Both the position numbers and the translations under genes were made by a program. A DNA stretch of 64,000 bases, from assembly GCA_003221515.1 (NCBI GenBank), contig QHSI01000101.1, positions 2,753 to 66,752 on the forward strand, given 5' to 3'. This stretch comes from Candidatus Rokuibacteriota bacterium (GTDB lineage Bacteria > Methylomirabilota > Methylomirabilia > Rokubacteriales > CSP1-6). The notes beneath the pieces were generated by a model. The model was given only the letters and a program-made list of their open reading frames with translations, had not been told where the DNA came from and searched no databases. This document shows, one piece after another, positions 47,456 through 55,929 of the stretch (its first letter is position 1; each line of letters begins with the position of its first letter).

Positions 47456-48384
47456 ACATCCTTTTAGTCGCGGAAGAGTCGGCCGGCATCCGCCTGCTCC
47501 GCGCATTGCTCCGTACGGAACATCGGATCGTCGCCGTCATGACGAGCACCACCGGGCCCAGCAAGACGTCGAGCATGGCCTCGGTCGCCACCAGGGCGGG
47601 GCTGGACATCTGGCCACCCTCCCGCGTCCGGGATCCGGCGCTTGCGCGAGAGCTGCGGGCCGCAGGCGTGGATCTGATCCTGAACGCTCATTCTCTCTAT
47701 CTCATCCACGAGGAGGTTCTCCGCGCACCGTCGATCGCGGCCTTCAATCTTCATCCCGGGCCGCTGCCCCGATACAGTGGCCTGAACTGCCCGAGCTGGG
47801 CCATCTATCGGGCCGAGCGCACGTACGGCGTCACGGTCCACCGCATGTCGCCACGCATCGACGCCGGGCCGATCGCCTATCAGACGACCTTCGATATCGA
47901 CGAGGCGGCAACTGGGTTCACCTTGACGGCCAAGTGCGTCAGCGTTGGCGTGCCGCTGATGCGGCAACTGGTTGAGGTCGCGGCCCGGGATCCCGCAGCG
48001 ATTCCTGCAATCGAGCAGGACGTCGGGCAGCGGAAGTACTTCGGTCGTGAGGTTCCGCGCAACGGCGCACTCATCTGGTCGGAGTCCGCGAGTCAGATCG
48101 CCAGATTCGTCCGAGCCTTCGATTACTATCCGTTCGCCTCGCCATGGGGGCATCCGCAAGCTCTGTACGAAGGGCAGCACATCGGTGTCGTGAAGGCCGT
48201 CCAAACCCGGGCCAAGACCGGGACGCCTCCGGGGACACTGCGGCGAGGACCGTCAGGGATCATGGAAGTTGCCGCCGCCGACGAATGGCTGGCGTTGCAC
48301 CTGGTCCATGCCGGCGGCAGACACATCAGGCCCGATCAGCTCCTACGTGATGGAACGCGCTTGGAGGATGGGACAAAAACGTGA
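47440..48384 (+). CDS. Formyltransferase (Fmt/ArnA-N-terminal-like: N-terminal Formyl_trans_N plus C-terminal domain), 314 aa
   Basis: GTG start overlapping the carrier-protein stop. 'ILNAHSLYLIHEEVLRAPSIAAFNLHPGPLPRYSG' corresponds to the formyltransferase catalytic HxSLLPxxRG region. Confidence 0.8.
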   Translation: MAGLLNILLVAEESAGIRLLRALLRTEHRIVAVMTSTTGPSKTSSMASVATRAGLDIWPPSRVRDPALARELRAAGVDLILNAHSLYLIHEEVLRAPSIAAFNLHPGPLPRYSGLNCPSWAIYRAERTYGVTVHRMSPRIDAGPIAYQTTFDIDEAATGFTLTAKCVSVGVPLMRQLVEVAARDPAAIPAIEQDVGQRKYFGREVPRNGALIWSESASQIARFVRAFDYYPFASPWGHPQALYEGQHIGVVKAVQTRAKTGTPPGTLRRGPSGIMEVAAADEWLALHLVHAGGRHIRPDQLLRDGTRLEDGTKT

Positions 48385-48467
48385 ACTGTCGATACGGCCG
48401 AGTCCTACGGTACCGAAGAGATCGTCGGCAAAGCAAGGCGTGCGGATCTGTGCGCTTGACGAGACCA

Positions 48468-48535
48468 TGAACGTCCACGTCTTGAGCTCGTTCGAGGGCT
48501 TCCACTCGGTCGCCAGGCCCGGGCGGTCTTCTCGG
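48468..48535 (-). pseudogene. About 22-codon relic of a family-5 substrate-binding-protein gene, paralogous to 43425-43487
   Basis: Minus-strand translation 'EDRPGLATEWKPSNELKTWTF' is identical at protein level to the truncated binding protein at 43.4 kb. The DNA differs at 6 positions, all synonymous third positions. No further homology on either side. Confidence 0.55.
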
Positions 48536-48683
48536 ACTGGCTCGAGCGCCATGCGAAGAGGCGACGAGCGGGGACCCATTACGCCGCGGCCGAAGCTCGC
48601 TCGAGGAACGTGCGTCGGTTGATCGCCATCGCGTAGCCTCCCCCGTTGAGGCGTCGGGCCTCGGCGGCTATTCGATCTGTCGC

Positions 48684-49538
48684 TCAGCTGCTGTGGGCGG
48701 GGACGCGCCCCCCGGTCGGGCGCGAGCGGGGCGCGGCGGGGCCCGACCTGAACAGCATCGCGCCCGCGACGATCAAGTATACGAGGTAGCCGCCGACCTC
48801 GAGGAGCGACGGTCGCGCCCGGTAACCGATCAGCCCGCCGAGGAATCCGCCGATGAAGCCGTGGTCGTCCAGCGCGAACGAGGTGTCCCACACCGTCGGC
48901 GACTGCGGGAGCACTCCCATCGCCTCCAGCCTGCCGAGCCCCGTGCTCAACATGCCGGCGGCCAGAAGAAGCAGCAAGATCGAGGTGATCGCGAAGAACC
49001 GCTGCAAGCTGATGCGCCGGCCGCCCCGGAAGATCGTCCAGCCGAGCGCGGCCGCCGTCGCGAGGCCGAGGAACGCGCCCAGCGCGCTCGCCCAGCCCGA
49101 CGGCGAGGTCGCCTGGGTGAGGAGTCCCCAGAGGAAGAGTACGGTCTCGGCGCCCTCGCGAAACACGCCGGTGAACGCGATCAGGCCGATGATCCAGAGT
49201 CGGTGGGTGACCTGCGCCGCGTCGATCCGGCTCTGGACTTCGCCCCTCACGGCGCGCGCGTGCTGGCGCATCCAGTACCCGTGCCAAGTGAGGACGATGA
49301 CCGCGACGAAGATCACGCAGAGCGCGATCACATCAGGCCCCAGATCGAGCAGCGGCCCCGAGAACGCTGTCACCAGCACGCCGAGCCAGACGCTGGCGAG
49401 CACCCCGAGCGCGCCGCCCCAGGTGGCGTAGCTGTAGTGCCGCTCGGCGCCGATCTTCTGGAGGTACGTATAGACGATGCCCAGGATGAGCGCGGCCTCG
49501 AACCCCTCGCGCAACGTGACGACGAAGGCACCGCCCAT
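48684..49538 (-). CDS. FTR1-family high-affinity iron permease (EfeU/FtrC-like), 284 aa
   Basis: Two 'REGxE' motifs ('REGFEAALILG', 'REGAETVLFLW') in transmembrane helices. Confidence 0.85.
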   Translation of the reverse strand: MGGAFVVTLREGFEAALILGIVYTYLQKIGAERHYSYATWGGALGVLASVWLGVLVTAFSGPLLDLGPDVIALCVIFVAVIVLTWHGYWMRQHARAVRGEVQSRIDAAQVTHRLWIIGLIAFTGVFREGAETVLFLWGLLTQATSPSGWASALGAFLGLATAAALGWTIFRGGRRISLQRFFAITSILLLLLAAGMLSTGLGRLEAMGVLPQSPTVWDTSFALDDHGFIGGFLGGLIGYRARPSLLEVGGYLVYLIVAGAMLFRSGPAAPRSRPTGGRVPAHSS

Positions 49539-49550
49539 GGGCTTCGGACG

Positions 49551-49895
49551 CTACTCGGCGACGATGCGGCCGGTCGCCTGCTTGTTGAAGTCGTCGAAGA
49601 AGGCGTAGGTGCCGGGCTTGAGCGCGCGGATCCTGACGTTGACGGTCTTGCCGGCCGGCACGACCTTCTCGACCCGCAAGTCCTTGCTCTCGAACTCGGC
49701 GGCTTTGGCCCCCTTGTTCGTGACGACGAGCACGAACGGGGTGTTGGCCTTGACTTTGACCTCGCTGGGCTGGAACTGGTTCTTGTCCAGGGTCAGCGGG
49801 ATTTCCGGAGGCGTGTCGGCCGCCGCCGCGATTGCGGCGATCGAGAGAAGGCCGAGGGCGAGACCGACGGCCAGGAGCGCGAGACGCCTGTGCAT
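49551..49895 (-). CDS. Periplasmic cupredoxin-like protein (FtrB-like partner of FTR1 permeases), about 114 aa
   Basis: ATG at 49895 preceded by GGAGG. Signal peptide 'MHRRLALLAVGLALGLLSIAAIAAAA'. 'FVLVVTNKGAKAAEFES...LKPGTYAFFDDFNKQATGRIVAE' cupredoxin-like fold. Directly upstream of the permease. Confidence 0.65.
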   Translation of the reverse strand: MHRRLALLAVGLALGLLSIAAIAAAADTPPEIPLTLDKNQFQPSEVKVKANTPFVLVVTNKGAKAAEFESKDLRVEKVVPAGKTVNVRIRALKPGTYAFFDDFNKQATGRIVAE

Positions 49896-49935
49896 GCAAG
49901 CCTCCAACCCTGTGCAATTAAGTTCACAGTCCGAA

Positions 49936-49956
49936 GATCATTAGGATGACCTAATC
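49936..49956. promoter_or_regulatory. Palindromic candidate operator upstream of the cupredoxin-FTR1 operon
   Basis: GATCA-TTAGG-ATGA-CCTAA-TC (inner perfect inverted repeat TTAGG/CCTAA, 49941-49954) in a locally AT-rich promoter region 40-60 nt upstream of the start codon. A second partial palindrome TGTGCAATTAAGTTCACA lies at 49911-49928. Confidence 0.4.
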
Positions 49957-50055
49957 CACGGCGCCTGTCAAACTCGATCCACTGCCATCCCGGAGCCGAC
50001 GAGGTCTATCACGTGATCTCGGGAAGCGGCGCTGACCGCCGGGGCGCCGGCCCGC

Positions 50056-50895
50056 CTACCTCTTCGCGTGGATCCCGGCGCCCGTCACGAAGTCGTAGAG
50101 GTTGGCGACGTTCATCTTCATCACGTTCGGCGCCATGCCGTCCTGGCCCACGTCCATCGGGTACCGCTCGGTCATCGCCGTCAGCGTGGCCACGCTCTGG
50201 TCCTTGGTGAGCCCGCGTTTGACCCCGCCGCGCACGTAGTCCACCCACTCCTGGATGAACGCGCCCTGCTCGTTCAGATAGCGCTTGTCGCAGATCGGGC
50301 CGTGGCCGGGAACGAAGGTATCCTCCCGGAGGCCGCGCAGCGACTCGAGCGCCTGGAGCCATCGATCCGGGTCGGCTTCCTGCAGCCACGTGTGGACCTT
50401 GCAGAAGATGTTGTCGCTGGTGAAGACGACGCCCTCTTCCTCGACGATCACGGCGGCCTGATACGCGGTGTGGCCGGGCATGTGGACCAGGCGGAAGGTG
50501 TGGTTACCGACGTGGATCTTCATCTCGCGCGTGAACGTGATGATGGGGGCGTTCGCGCGGTAGCCTTCCAGGAGCTTCGGCTCTTCCGGCCCGAACGTCC
50601 CGACGCGCGCGACCATCGCCGGCATGTCGGTCTCGAGGATCCGGGTCCTCACGCCCTCGTGGGCCACGACCGGTGCGTCGAAGAACGCGTTGCCGGTCCA
50701 GTGATCGCCGTGGGGCTCGGTGTTGAGGATGTACCTGAGCCGCCCGCGCCGTTCGAGCTCGGCGCGCAGGCGCAGGGCGTCGCTCGGCTTGTGCGGCGTG
50801 TCGATCAGCACGATTCCGTCGGACGTCGTGACGAACCCGTGATTGGATCCGCGGAGCTCGTTCTCGACGAAGACGTTGGCGGTCAGCTGCTTCAT
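50056..50895 (-). CDS. MBL-fold metallo-hydrolase, about 279 aa
   Basis: 'MKQLTANVFVENELRGSNHGFVTTSDGIVLIDTPHKPSDA...NTEPHGDHWTGN' shows the HxHxDH-type motif (EPHGDH). Confidence 0.75.
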   Translation of the reverse strand: MKQLTANVFVENELRGSNHGFVTTSDGIVLIDTPHKPSDALRLRAELERRGRLRYILNTEPHGDHWTGNAFFDAPVVAHEGVRTRILETDMPAMVARVGTFGPEEPKLLEGYRANAPIITFTREMKIHVGNHTFRLVHMPGHTAYQAAVIVEEEGVVFTSDNIFCKVHTWLQEADPDRWLQALESLRGLREDTFVPGHGPICDKRYLNEQGAFIQEWVDYVRGGVKRGLTKDQSVATLTAMTERYPMDVGQDGMAPNVMKMNVANLYDFVTGAGIHAKR

Positions 50896-51008
50896 GGCGT
50901 TCCTCCACGTAGGAGCCGCGCGTCGGCCGGCGGGGCCCAGCCAAATCGTGACCGACAGGCTATGGTATCGTCTGGCCTTCGGCAAGCCCTCAAGGAGGGA
51001 CCCAGGCG

Positions 51009-51944
51009 ATGCCCTACAAGCTACTGAGCTATCAGGCCGGCCGAGCCGCGCGCGCGGGCATGCTGGTCGGCGACATCGTCTACGATGCGGCGAAGGTCAC
51101 CGGCGTCGCCGCGCACGCGAGCGTGCTCGGCATCCTCGAAGATTGGGGACGCGCGCGGCGGCTCCTCGCTCAGGCGGCGAAGCGCATCGCGCCCGGCAAG
51201 GGGCGCGCCAAAGGCGTGCCGCTCGCGCGCACCCGGCTCCTGGCGCCCGTGCTCTATCCCGGGAACATCTACTGCGCCGGCGCCAACTACACCGACCATA
51301 TGGCCGAGATGGCGCGCGTCCAGGGCCAGCCGCCCGGACCGACCATGAAGGAGCTCGGCGAGAAGCCCTGGCACTTCGTGAAGTCGTCGCGGAGCTCCAT
51401 CGTGGGACCGGGCGCGCGGGTCAAGCTGCCGGTCTACTCGCAGATGGTCGACTGGGAGGTCGAGCTCGCCGCGGTCATCGGCAAGGTCGCGCGCGACGTG
51501 CCGGTGGAGAAGGCGCTCGACTACGTCGCCGGCTACACGATCGCCGACGACCTGTCGGCGCGCGACGTGATGAAGCGCGACAAGAACCCGGCGACGTCCC
51601 CGTTCCACTACGACTGGCTCAGCCAGAAGTGCTTCGACGGCTCCTGCCCGCTCGGGCCGTGGATCGTGCCCGCCGGTGACATCGCCGATCCCCAGAACCT
51701 CGCGCTGAAGCTCTGGGTGAACGACACGCTCATGCAGAACTCGAGCACGAGCAAGATGATCTTCGATACCGCCGAGCAGATCGCCATGCTCTCGTCGCGG
51801 GTGACCCTCCAGCCCGGCGATCTCGTCCTGACGGGAACGCCGGCCGGCGTGGGCATGCCACGGCGGCTGTTCCTGAAGCCCGGCGACCGCGTGAAGCTCT
51901 GGATCGAGTCCATCGGGGAGCTGAGCCACACGATGGTCGGATGA
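51009..51944 (+). CDS. Fumarylacetoacetate hydrolase (FAH) family protein, 311 aa
   Basis: '...LLAPVLYPGNIYCAGANYTDHMAEM...GEKPWHFVKSSRSSIVGPGARVKLP...DWEVELAAVIGK' is the FAH-fold signature. Confidence 0.85.
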   Translation: MPYKLLSYQAGRAARAGMLVGDIVYDAAKVTGVAAHASVLGILEDWGRARRLLAQAAKRIAPGKGRAKGVPLARTRLLAPVLYPGNIYCAGANYTDHMAEMARVQGQPPGPTMKELGEKPWHFVKSSRSSIVGPGARVKLPVYSQMVDWEVELAAVIGKVARDVPVEKALDYVAGYTIADDLSARDVMKRDKNPATSPFHYDWLSQKCFDGSCPLGPWIVPAGDIADPQNLALKLWVNDTLMQNSSTSKMIFDTAEQIAMLSSRVTLQPGDLVLTGTPAGVGMPRRLFLKPGDRVKLWIESIGELSHTMVG

Positions 51945-51948
51945 GCCG

Positions 51949-54258
51949 ATGAGCGGCGAGGCGAGCCCTTCGATGACCTACGTCGGCCGGCCACAGAAGC
52001 GATCGGAAGACCCGAAGCTCATCACCGGTCGCGGTCAGTACGTCGAAGACATCAAGCTACCCGAGCTGGCCCACCTGGCGTTTCTGCGGAGCCCGCACGC
52101 CCATGCGCGCGTGACCGCGATCCGCGCCGACGCGGCGAGAAGCGCGCCGGGCGTGCTGGCCGTCGTGACCGCGAAGGACCTGGGCTCTTTGCGTCCCCTG
52201 CCCTTCATGGCGACGCTGCCTGGCCTGAAGCAGGTGCCGTGCGCCTACCTGGCCGGAACCGTCGTCAACGCGACGGGCGTGCCCGTCGCCGCGGTCGTGG
52301 CCGAGAGCGCCTCGCAAGCTCGCGACGCCGCCGACCTGATCGAGGTCGAGTACGAGCCGCTTCCCCCGATCGCCGACCCCGAGCGCGGGCTGGCGCCCGG
52401 CGCTCCGCTCGCCAACGCCGATCTCGGGACGAACCAGGCGTTCAGCTGGCCGCTCAAGGGTGGGGACGTCGATGGCGCGTTCGCGAAGGCCGCGCACGTC
52501 GTGAAGGTGCGTCTCGATCACAACCGCCTGGCCGGCGCGCCGATGGAGCCGCGCGGCGTGCTCGCGCGCTACGACGCGGCCAGCGAAGAGCTGACGCTCT
52601 GGCTCACGACCCAGAACCCGTTTCTCTCGCGCGCCGATCTCGCAGCGGTCCTGGGCTTTCCCGAGCACAAGCTTCGCGTGATCGCTCCGGACGTCGGCGG
52701 CGGCTTCGGCGTGAAGGGCCCGCTCTACCGCGAGGAGATCGTCGCGGCGCTACTCGCGCGCCGGCTCGGGCGGCCTATCCGCTGGATGTCGACCCGTACC
52801 GAAGATCTATTGACCACGATCCAGGCGCGGGCGGCCGTCACGGAGGCGGAGGGCGCGGTGACCGCTGACGGAGAGATCATCGGGCTCCGAGGAAAGTTCG
52901 TCTTCGATCTCGGCGCACATCTCCTCTCGCTGTCGCTGGTGCCGCCGATGTCGGCCTCAACCCACATCTTCGGCCCGTATCGGATCCAGAATGCCGAGCT
53001 CCTCAGCGTCGGTGTCTACACGAACACCGCGCCCACGGGGCCCTATCGAGGCTCGGGGCGTCCGGTCGGCGTCTATCTGATCGAGCGCGTCATGGACGAG
53101 GCGGCGCGGGCGACCGGCCTCGATCCCGTCGAGATCCGCCGGCGCAACTTCATCGCCGCCGACGCCTTCCCCCACCGGACGCCGTTCGGCGTCGCCTACG
53201 ACTCCGGCAACTACGCGCGGGCGCTGGATCGCGTGCTGGAGCTGGCGGACTACGGCGCCCTCCGCCGCGAGCAGGCCGCGGCGCGCGGGCGGGGCGAGCT
53301 CATGGGGATCGGCGTCGCCACCTACGTCGAGTCGACCAACGTGCTCGGGTGGGAGAGCGGAGTCGTCCGGGTGGAGCGGAGCGGCAAGGTCACGGCCATC
53401 ACCGGCTCGAGCCCGCATGGCCAGGGCCACGAGACGACCTTCGCCCAGATCATCGCCGACCACCTCGGCGTCCCCTTCGAGGACGTGGTCGTCCGCCACG
53501 GCGACACGCTGGGCGCGCCGCAGTCGATCGGAACGTTCGGCAGCCGCAGCGCCGGTCTCGGCGGCAGCGCGCTGGCTCAGGCCTCCGGCGAAGTTCGGGA
53601 GAAGGGCCGCCGGCTCGCCGCGCGCCTTCTCGAAGCGAGCCCGGAGGATCTTCAGCTCGTGCGCGGCGGTTTTCAGGTGAAGGGCGTGCCCGAGAAGACC
53701 ATCGGCTGGGATCGGATCGGTGAGTTTGCCCATCGCGGGATGGGCCTGCCGCCCCTGGAAACACCGGGCCTTGAGGCGACCGTGTTCTTTCGCCAGGATC
53801 ACCCGTCCTGGTCCTTCGGCGCGGGCATGGCCGTCGTCCGCGTGGCGCGCGAGACCGGGCAGATCAGGCTCGAGCGGTTCATCGCCGTCGACGACTGTGG
53901 CAACGCGATCAACCCGCTGCTGATCGACGGTCAGATCGTGGGCGGCTTCGCTCAGGGACTGGGCCAAACGCTGCTCGAGCGCATCGCGTACGGCGAGGAC
54001 GGCCAGCTCCTCACCGGCACCTTCATGGAGTACGCGATCCCGCGCGCCGACGACATGCCCGAGCTGATCGTCGATCGCACGGTGACGCCGTCGCCGCTCA
54101 ACCCGCTGGGCGTGAAGGGTGTCGGCGAAGGCAGCGCGTGCGTGGCGCCGCCCGCGATCGTCAACGCGGTGATCGACGCGCTGTCGCCGCTCGGCGTCCG
54201 CCACGTCGACATGCCGCTGACCGCCGAGAAGATCTGGCGGCTGATCGACCGGAGCTGA
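51949..54258 (+). CDS. Xanthine dehydrogenase family molybdopterin-binding subunit (CoxL-like), 769 aa
   Basis: 'IAPDVGGGFGVKGP', 'APTGPYRGSGRPVGVYLIERVMDEAARATGLDPVEIRRRNFI'. No adjacent FAD or Fe-S subunit genes. Confidence 0.9.
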   Translation: MSGEASPSMTYVGRPQKRSEDPKLITGRGQYVEDIKLPELAHLAFLRSPHAHARVTAIRADAARSAPGVLAVVTAKDLGSLRPLPFMATLPGLKQVPCAYLAGTVVNATGVPVAAVVAESASQARDAADLIEVEYEPLPPIADPERGLAPGAPLANADLGTNQAFSWPLKGGDVDGAFAKAAHVVKVRLDHNRLAGAPMEPRGVLARYDAASEELTLWLTTQNPFLSRADLAAVLGFPEHKLRVIAPDVGGGFGVKGPLYREEIVAALLARRLGRPIRWMSTRTEDLLTTIQARAAVTEAEGAVTADGEIIGLRGKFVFDLGAHLLSLSLVPPMSASTHIFGPYRIQNAELLSVGVYTNTAPTGPYRGSGRPVGVYLIERVMDEAARATGLDPVEIRRRNFIAADAFPHRTPFGVAYDSGNYARALDRVLELADYGALRREQAAARGRGELMGIGVATYVESTNVLGWESGVVRVERSGKVTAITGSSPHGQGHETTFAQIIADHLGVPFEDVVVRHGDTLGAPQSIGTFGSRSAGLGGSALAQASGEVREKGRRLAARLLEASPEDLQLVRGGFQVKGVPEKTIGWDRIGEFAHRGMGLPPLETPGLEATVFFRQDHPSWSFGAGMAVVRVARETGQIRLERFIAVDDCGNAINPLLIDGQIVGGFAQGLGQTLLERIAYGEDGQLLTGTFMEYAIPRADDMPELIVDRTVTPSPLNPLGVKGVGEGSACVAPPAIVNAVIDALSPLGVRHVDMPLTAEKIWRLIDRS

Positions 54259-55929
54259 TCAGTCGCGCGGGATGATCGGGAGCAGGACGTGCGAAGGCCG
54301 ACCCGGGCCGCAGTGGATCGTGACCTTCTTGCCGAAGATCTCGGCGGGTCGATCGCGCGGGTCGTTGTGCTGGAAGGGACCGACACCGGTGAAGACCGCA
54401 CCTAGCGTTCCGAGACCCGTCGACGGACCACCCGGATACTCGTAGTCGCGCCCGCGCACGGTGAGCCCGATCCGGTGGCCCGCCGGCACCACGATCGAGG
54501 TCGGCCAGACCTCGATGTCGAGCTCGTACACCTTCCCCGGAGCCAGCGGCTGCCGCTCGTCGTGGGTGTGGTACGGCCGATACGGCAGCGTCAGCTTCGG
54601 ATCGAGCTTGCGGTGCGAGGCGCGGAGCCATCCCTGGCCGATCGGCGTGTGCGGATCGAGCGCGCCCTGGAACACCACCTCCTGGAAGTTCGGCGTGAAC
54701 ACGCGGACGATCAGGAACAGATCGGCGTCCCTGGTCTGCGAGGCGACGAAGAGCTTGGCCGCGATGGGCCCGGTGATCTCGGTCTCGCGCGGCAGGGGCG
54801 GTGTGAGGAAGGTGACGCCTTCGCCGAGGCCCTCGTAGGTGACGGCGCCGCGCCGGCCGACCGGCGCGCGGACCAGACTCTGATCGGCCGGGTTCAGGTA
54901 GAGCTTCGTCCACCGCGTGCGCGCGAGCGGCCACTCCTTCTCGTGGCGCTCGACGAACTTCTCACCGGGATGACGCACCTGGAGCTGGACCCGCGGCTGC
55001 CGCTTCCACCCGGTGTCCTCGCCCATGAGAAAATGGCCGAAGAACTTCTTCTGCAGGGTGACTCCGTAGTCCGTGTAAAAGTGGGTCCAGTGCTCGATGC
55101 CGTGGACCTCGAGCCACTTCTGCTTCGACGCCGAGCGCACGAATCCCTCGAAGTTTCCCCGCGGATGCAGACCCTGCCCGCCCCAGTTCCCCGACGAGAA
55201 GAGCGGGACGGTGACCTTCGACCAGTCGGGCATGCGCGAGCGCCAGTACTCGTCGCTGGCCAGCGGGTTCTTCCAGCAGTCGTCGTAGAAGTCGCGGCGG
55301 TTGCCGCCGAGCTCTTCTTCGGTCAGCGTCGGGGGGCCCGAGACCCAGTCGCCGTTCATCCGGCTCCGGTAGCCCCGCGTCCCGCGGCCGTGCTGGACCC
55401 GGATCACCTGCGAGGGGAACCAGGCCCTGCCGAACGTGCAGAGGATGCCGCCGTGATGGCTGAGATCGCGATAGTAGTCGGCGGCGCCCTCCCAGACGCA
55501 GATCGCGCTCAGGTGCGGCGGCTGGAGCGCCGCGGCCTGCCACTGGTTCATCGCGTAGTACGAGATGCCGTTCAGCCCGACCTTGCCGTTGCTCCACGGT
55601 TGCCGCGCCGCCCACTCGATGCACGCGTAGAGGTCTTTCGCTTCGCGCGCGGACCAGATGTCGAGGTGGCCGGGCGAGCGGCCGGCACCGCGTGAATCCA
55701 CCCGGACGCAGGCGTAGCCGTCCGGCACCCACTTCTCCGGATCGACCACTTCCCAGTTCTGGTACTTGTTCGTGGAGCCGGCGGTGACGTCGGGATGATG
55801 CTCGGCCATCCGGCGCCACTGATCGGTGTAGAGGTCCTCGAAGTGGAGCCACTTGCCGTAGGGACCGTACGTGAGGATGACCGGGTGCTTGTCCGTTCCG
55901 GGGGGCCGGAAGACGTCGGCCCGCAGCAC
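54259..55929 (-). CDS. CocE/NonD-family (S15 X-Pro dipeptidyl-peptidase-like) alpha/beta hydrolase; annotated from GTG 55929, but the true 5' end is probably further upstream
   Basis: 'MLRADVFRPPGTDKHPVILTYGPYGK...' matches the CocE family. Conserved residues 'DWDVPIKVDDG' continue in frame upstream of the GTG without an in-frame start. Confidence 0.75.
   Translation of the reverse strand: MLRADVFRPPGTDKHPVILTYGPYGKWLHFEDLYTDQWRRMAEHHPDVTAGSTNKYQNWEVVDPEKWVPDGYACVRVDSRGAGRSPGHLDIWSAREAKDLYACIEWAARQPWSNGKVGLNGISYYAMNQWQAAALQPPHLSAICVWEGAADYYRDLSHHGGILCTFGRAWFPSQVIRVQHGRGTRGYRSRMNGDWVSGPPTLTEEELGGNRRDFYDDCWKNPLASDEYWRSRMPDWSKVTVPLFSSGNWGGQGLHPRGNFEGFVRSASKQKWLEVHGIEHWTHFYTDYGVTLQKKFFGHFLMGEDTGWKRQPRVQLQVRHPGEKFVERHEKEWPLARTRWTKLYLNPADQSLVRAPVGRRGAVTYEGLGEGVTFLTPPLPRETEITGPIAAKLFVASQTRDADLFLIVRVFTPNFQEVVFQGALDPHTPIGQGWLRASHRKLDPKLTLPYRPYHTHDERQPLAPGKVYELDIEVWPTSIVVPAGHRIGLTVRGRDYEYPGGPSTGLGTLGAVFTGVGPFQHNDPRDRPAEIFGKKVTIHCGPGRPSHVLLPIIPRD

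Noticed and set aside
43425-48530. The 62-bp similar segments as target-site duplications or terminal repeats of a mobile element
   Set aside because: The copies are only about 90% identical and all differences are synonymous codon positions. There is no transposase, integrase or inverted terminal repeat. They are better explained as paralogous gene remnants.
49936-49956. Canonical Fur box upstream of the FTR1 operon
   Set aside because: The palindrome is real, but its match to GATAATGATAATCATTATC is poor. It is reported only as a generic operator candidate.
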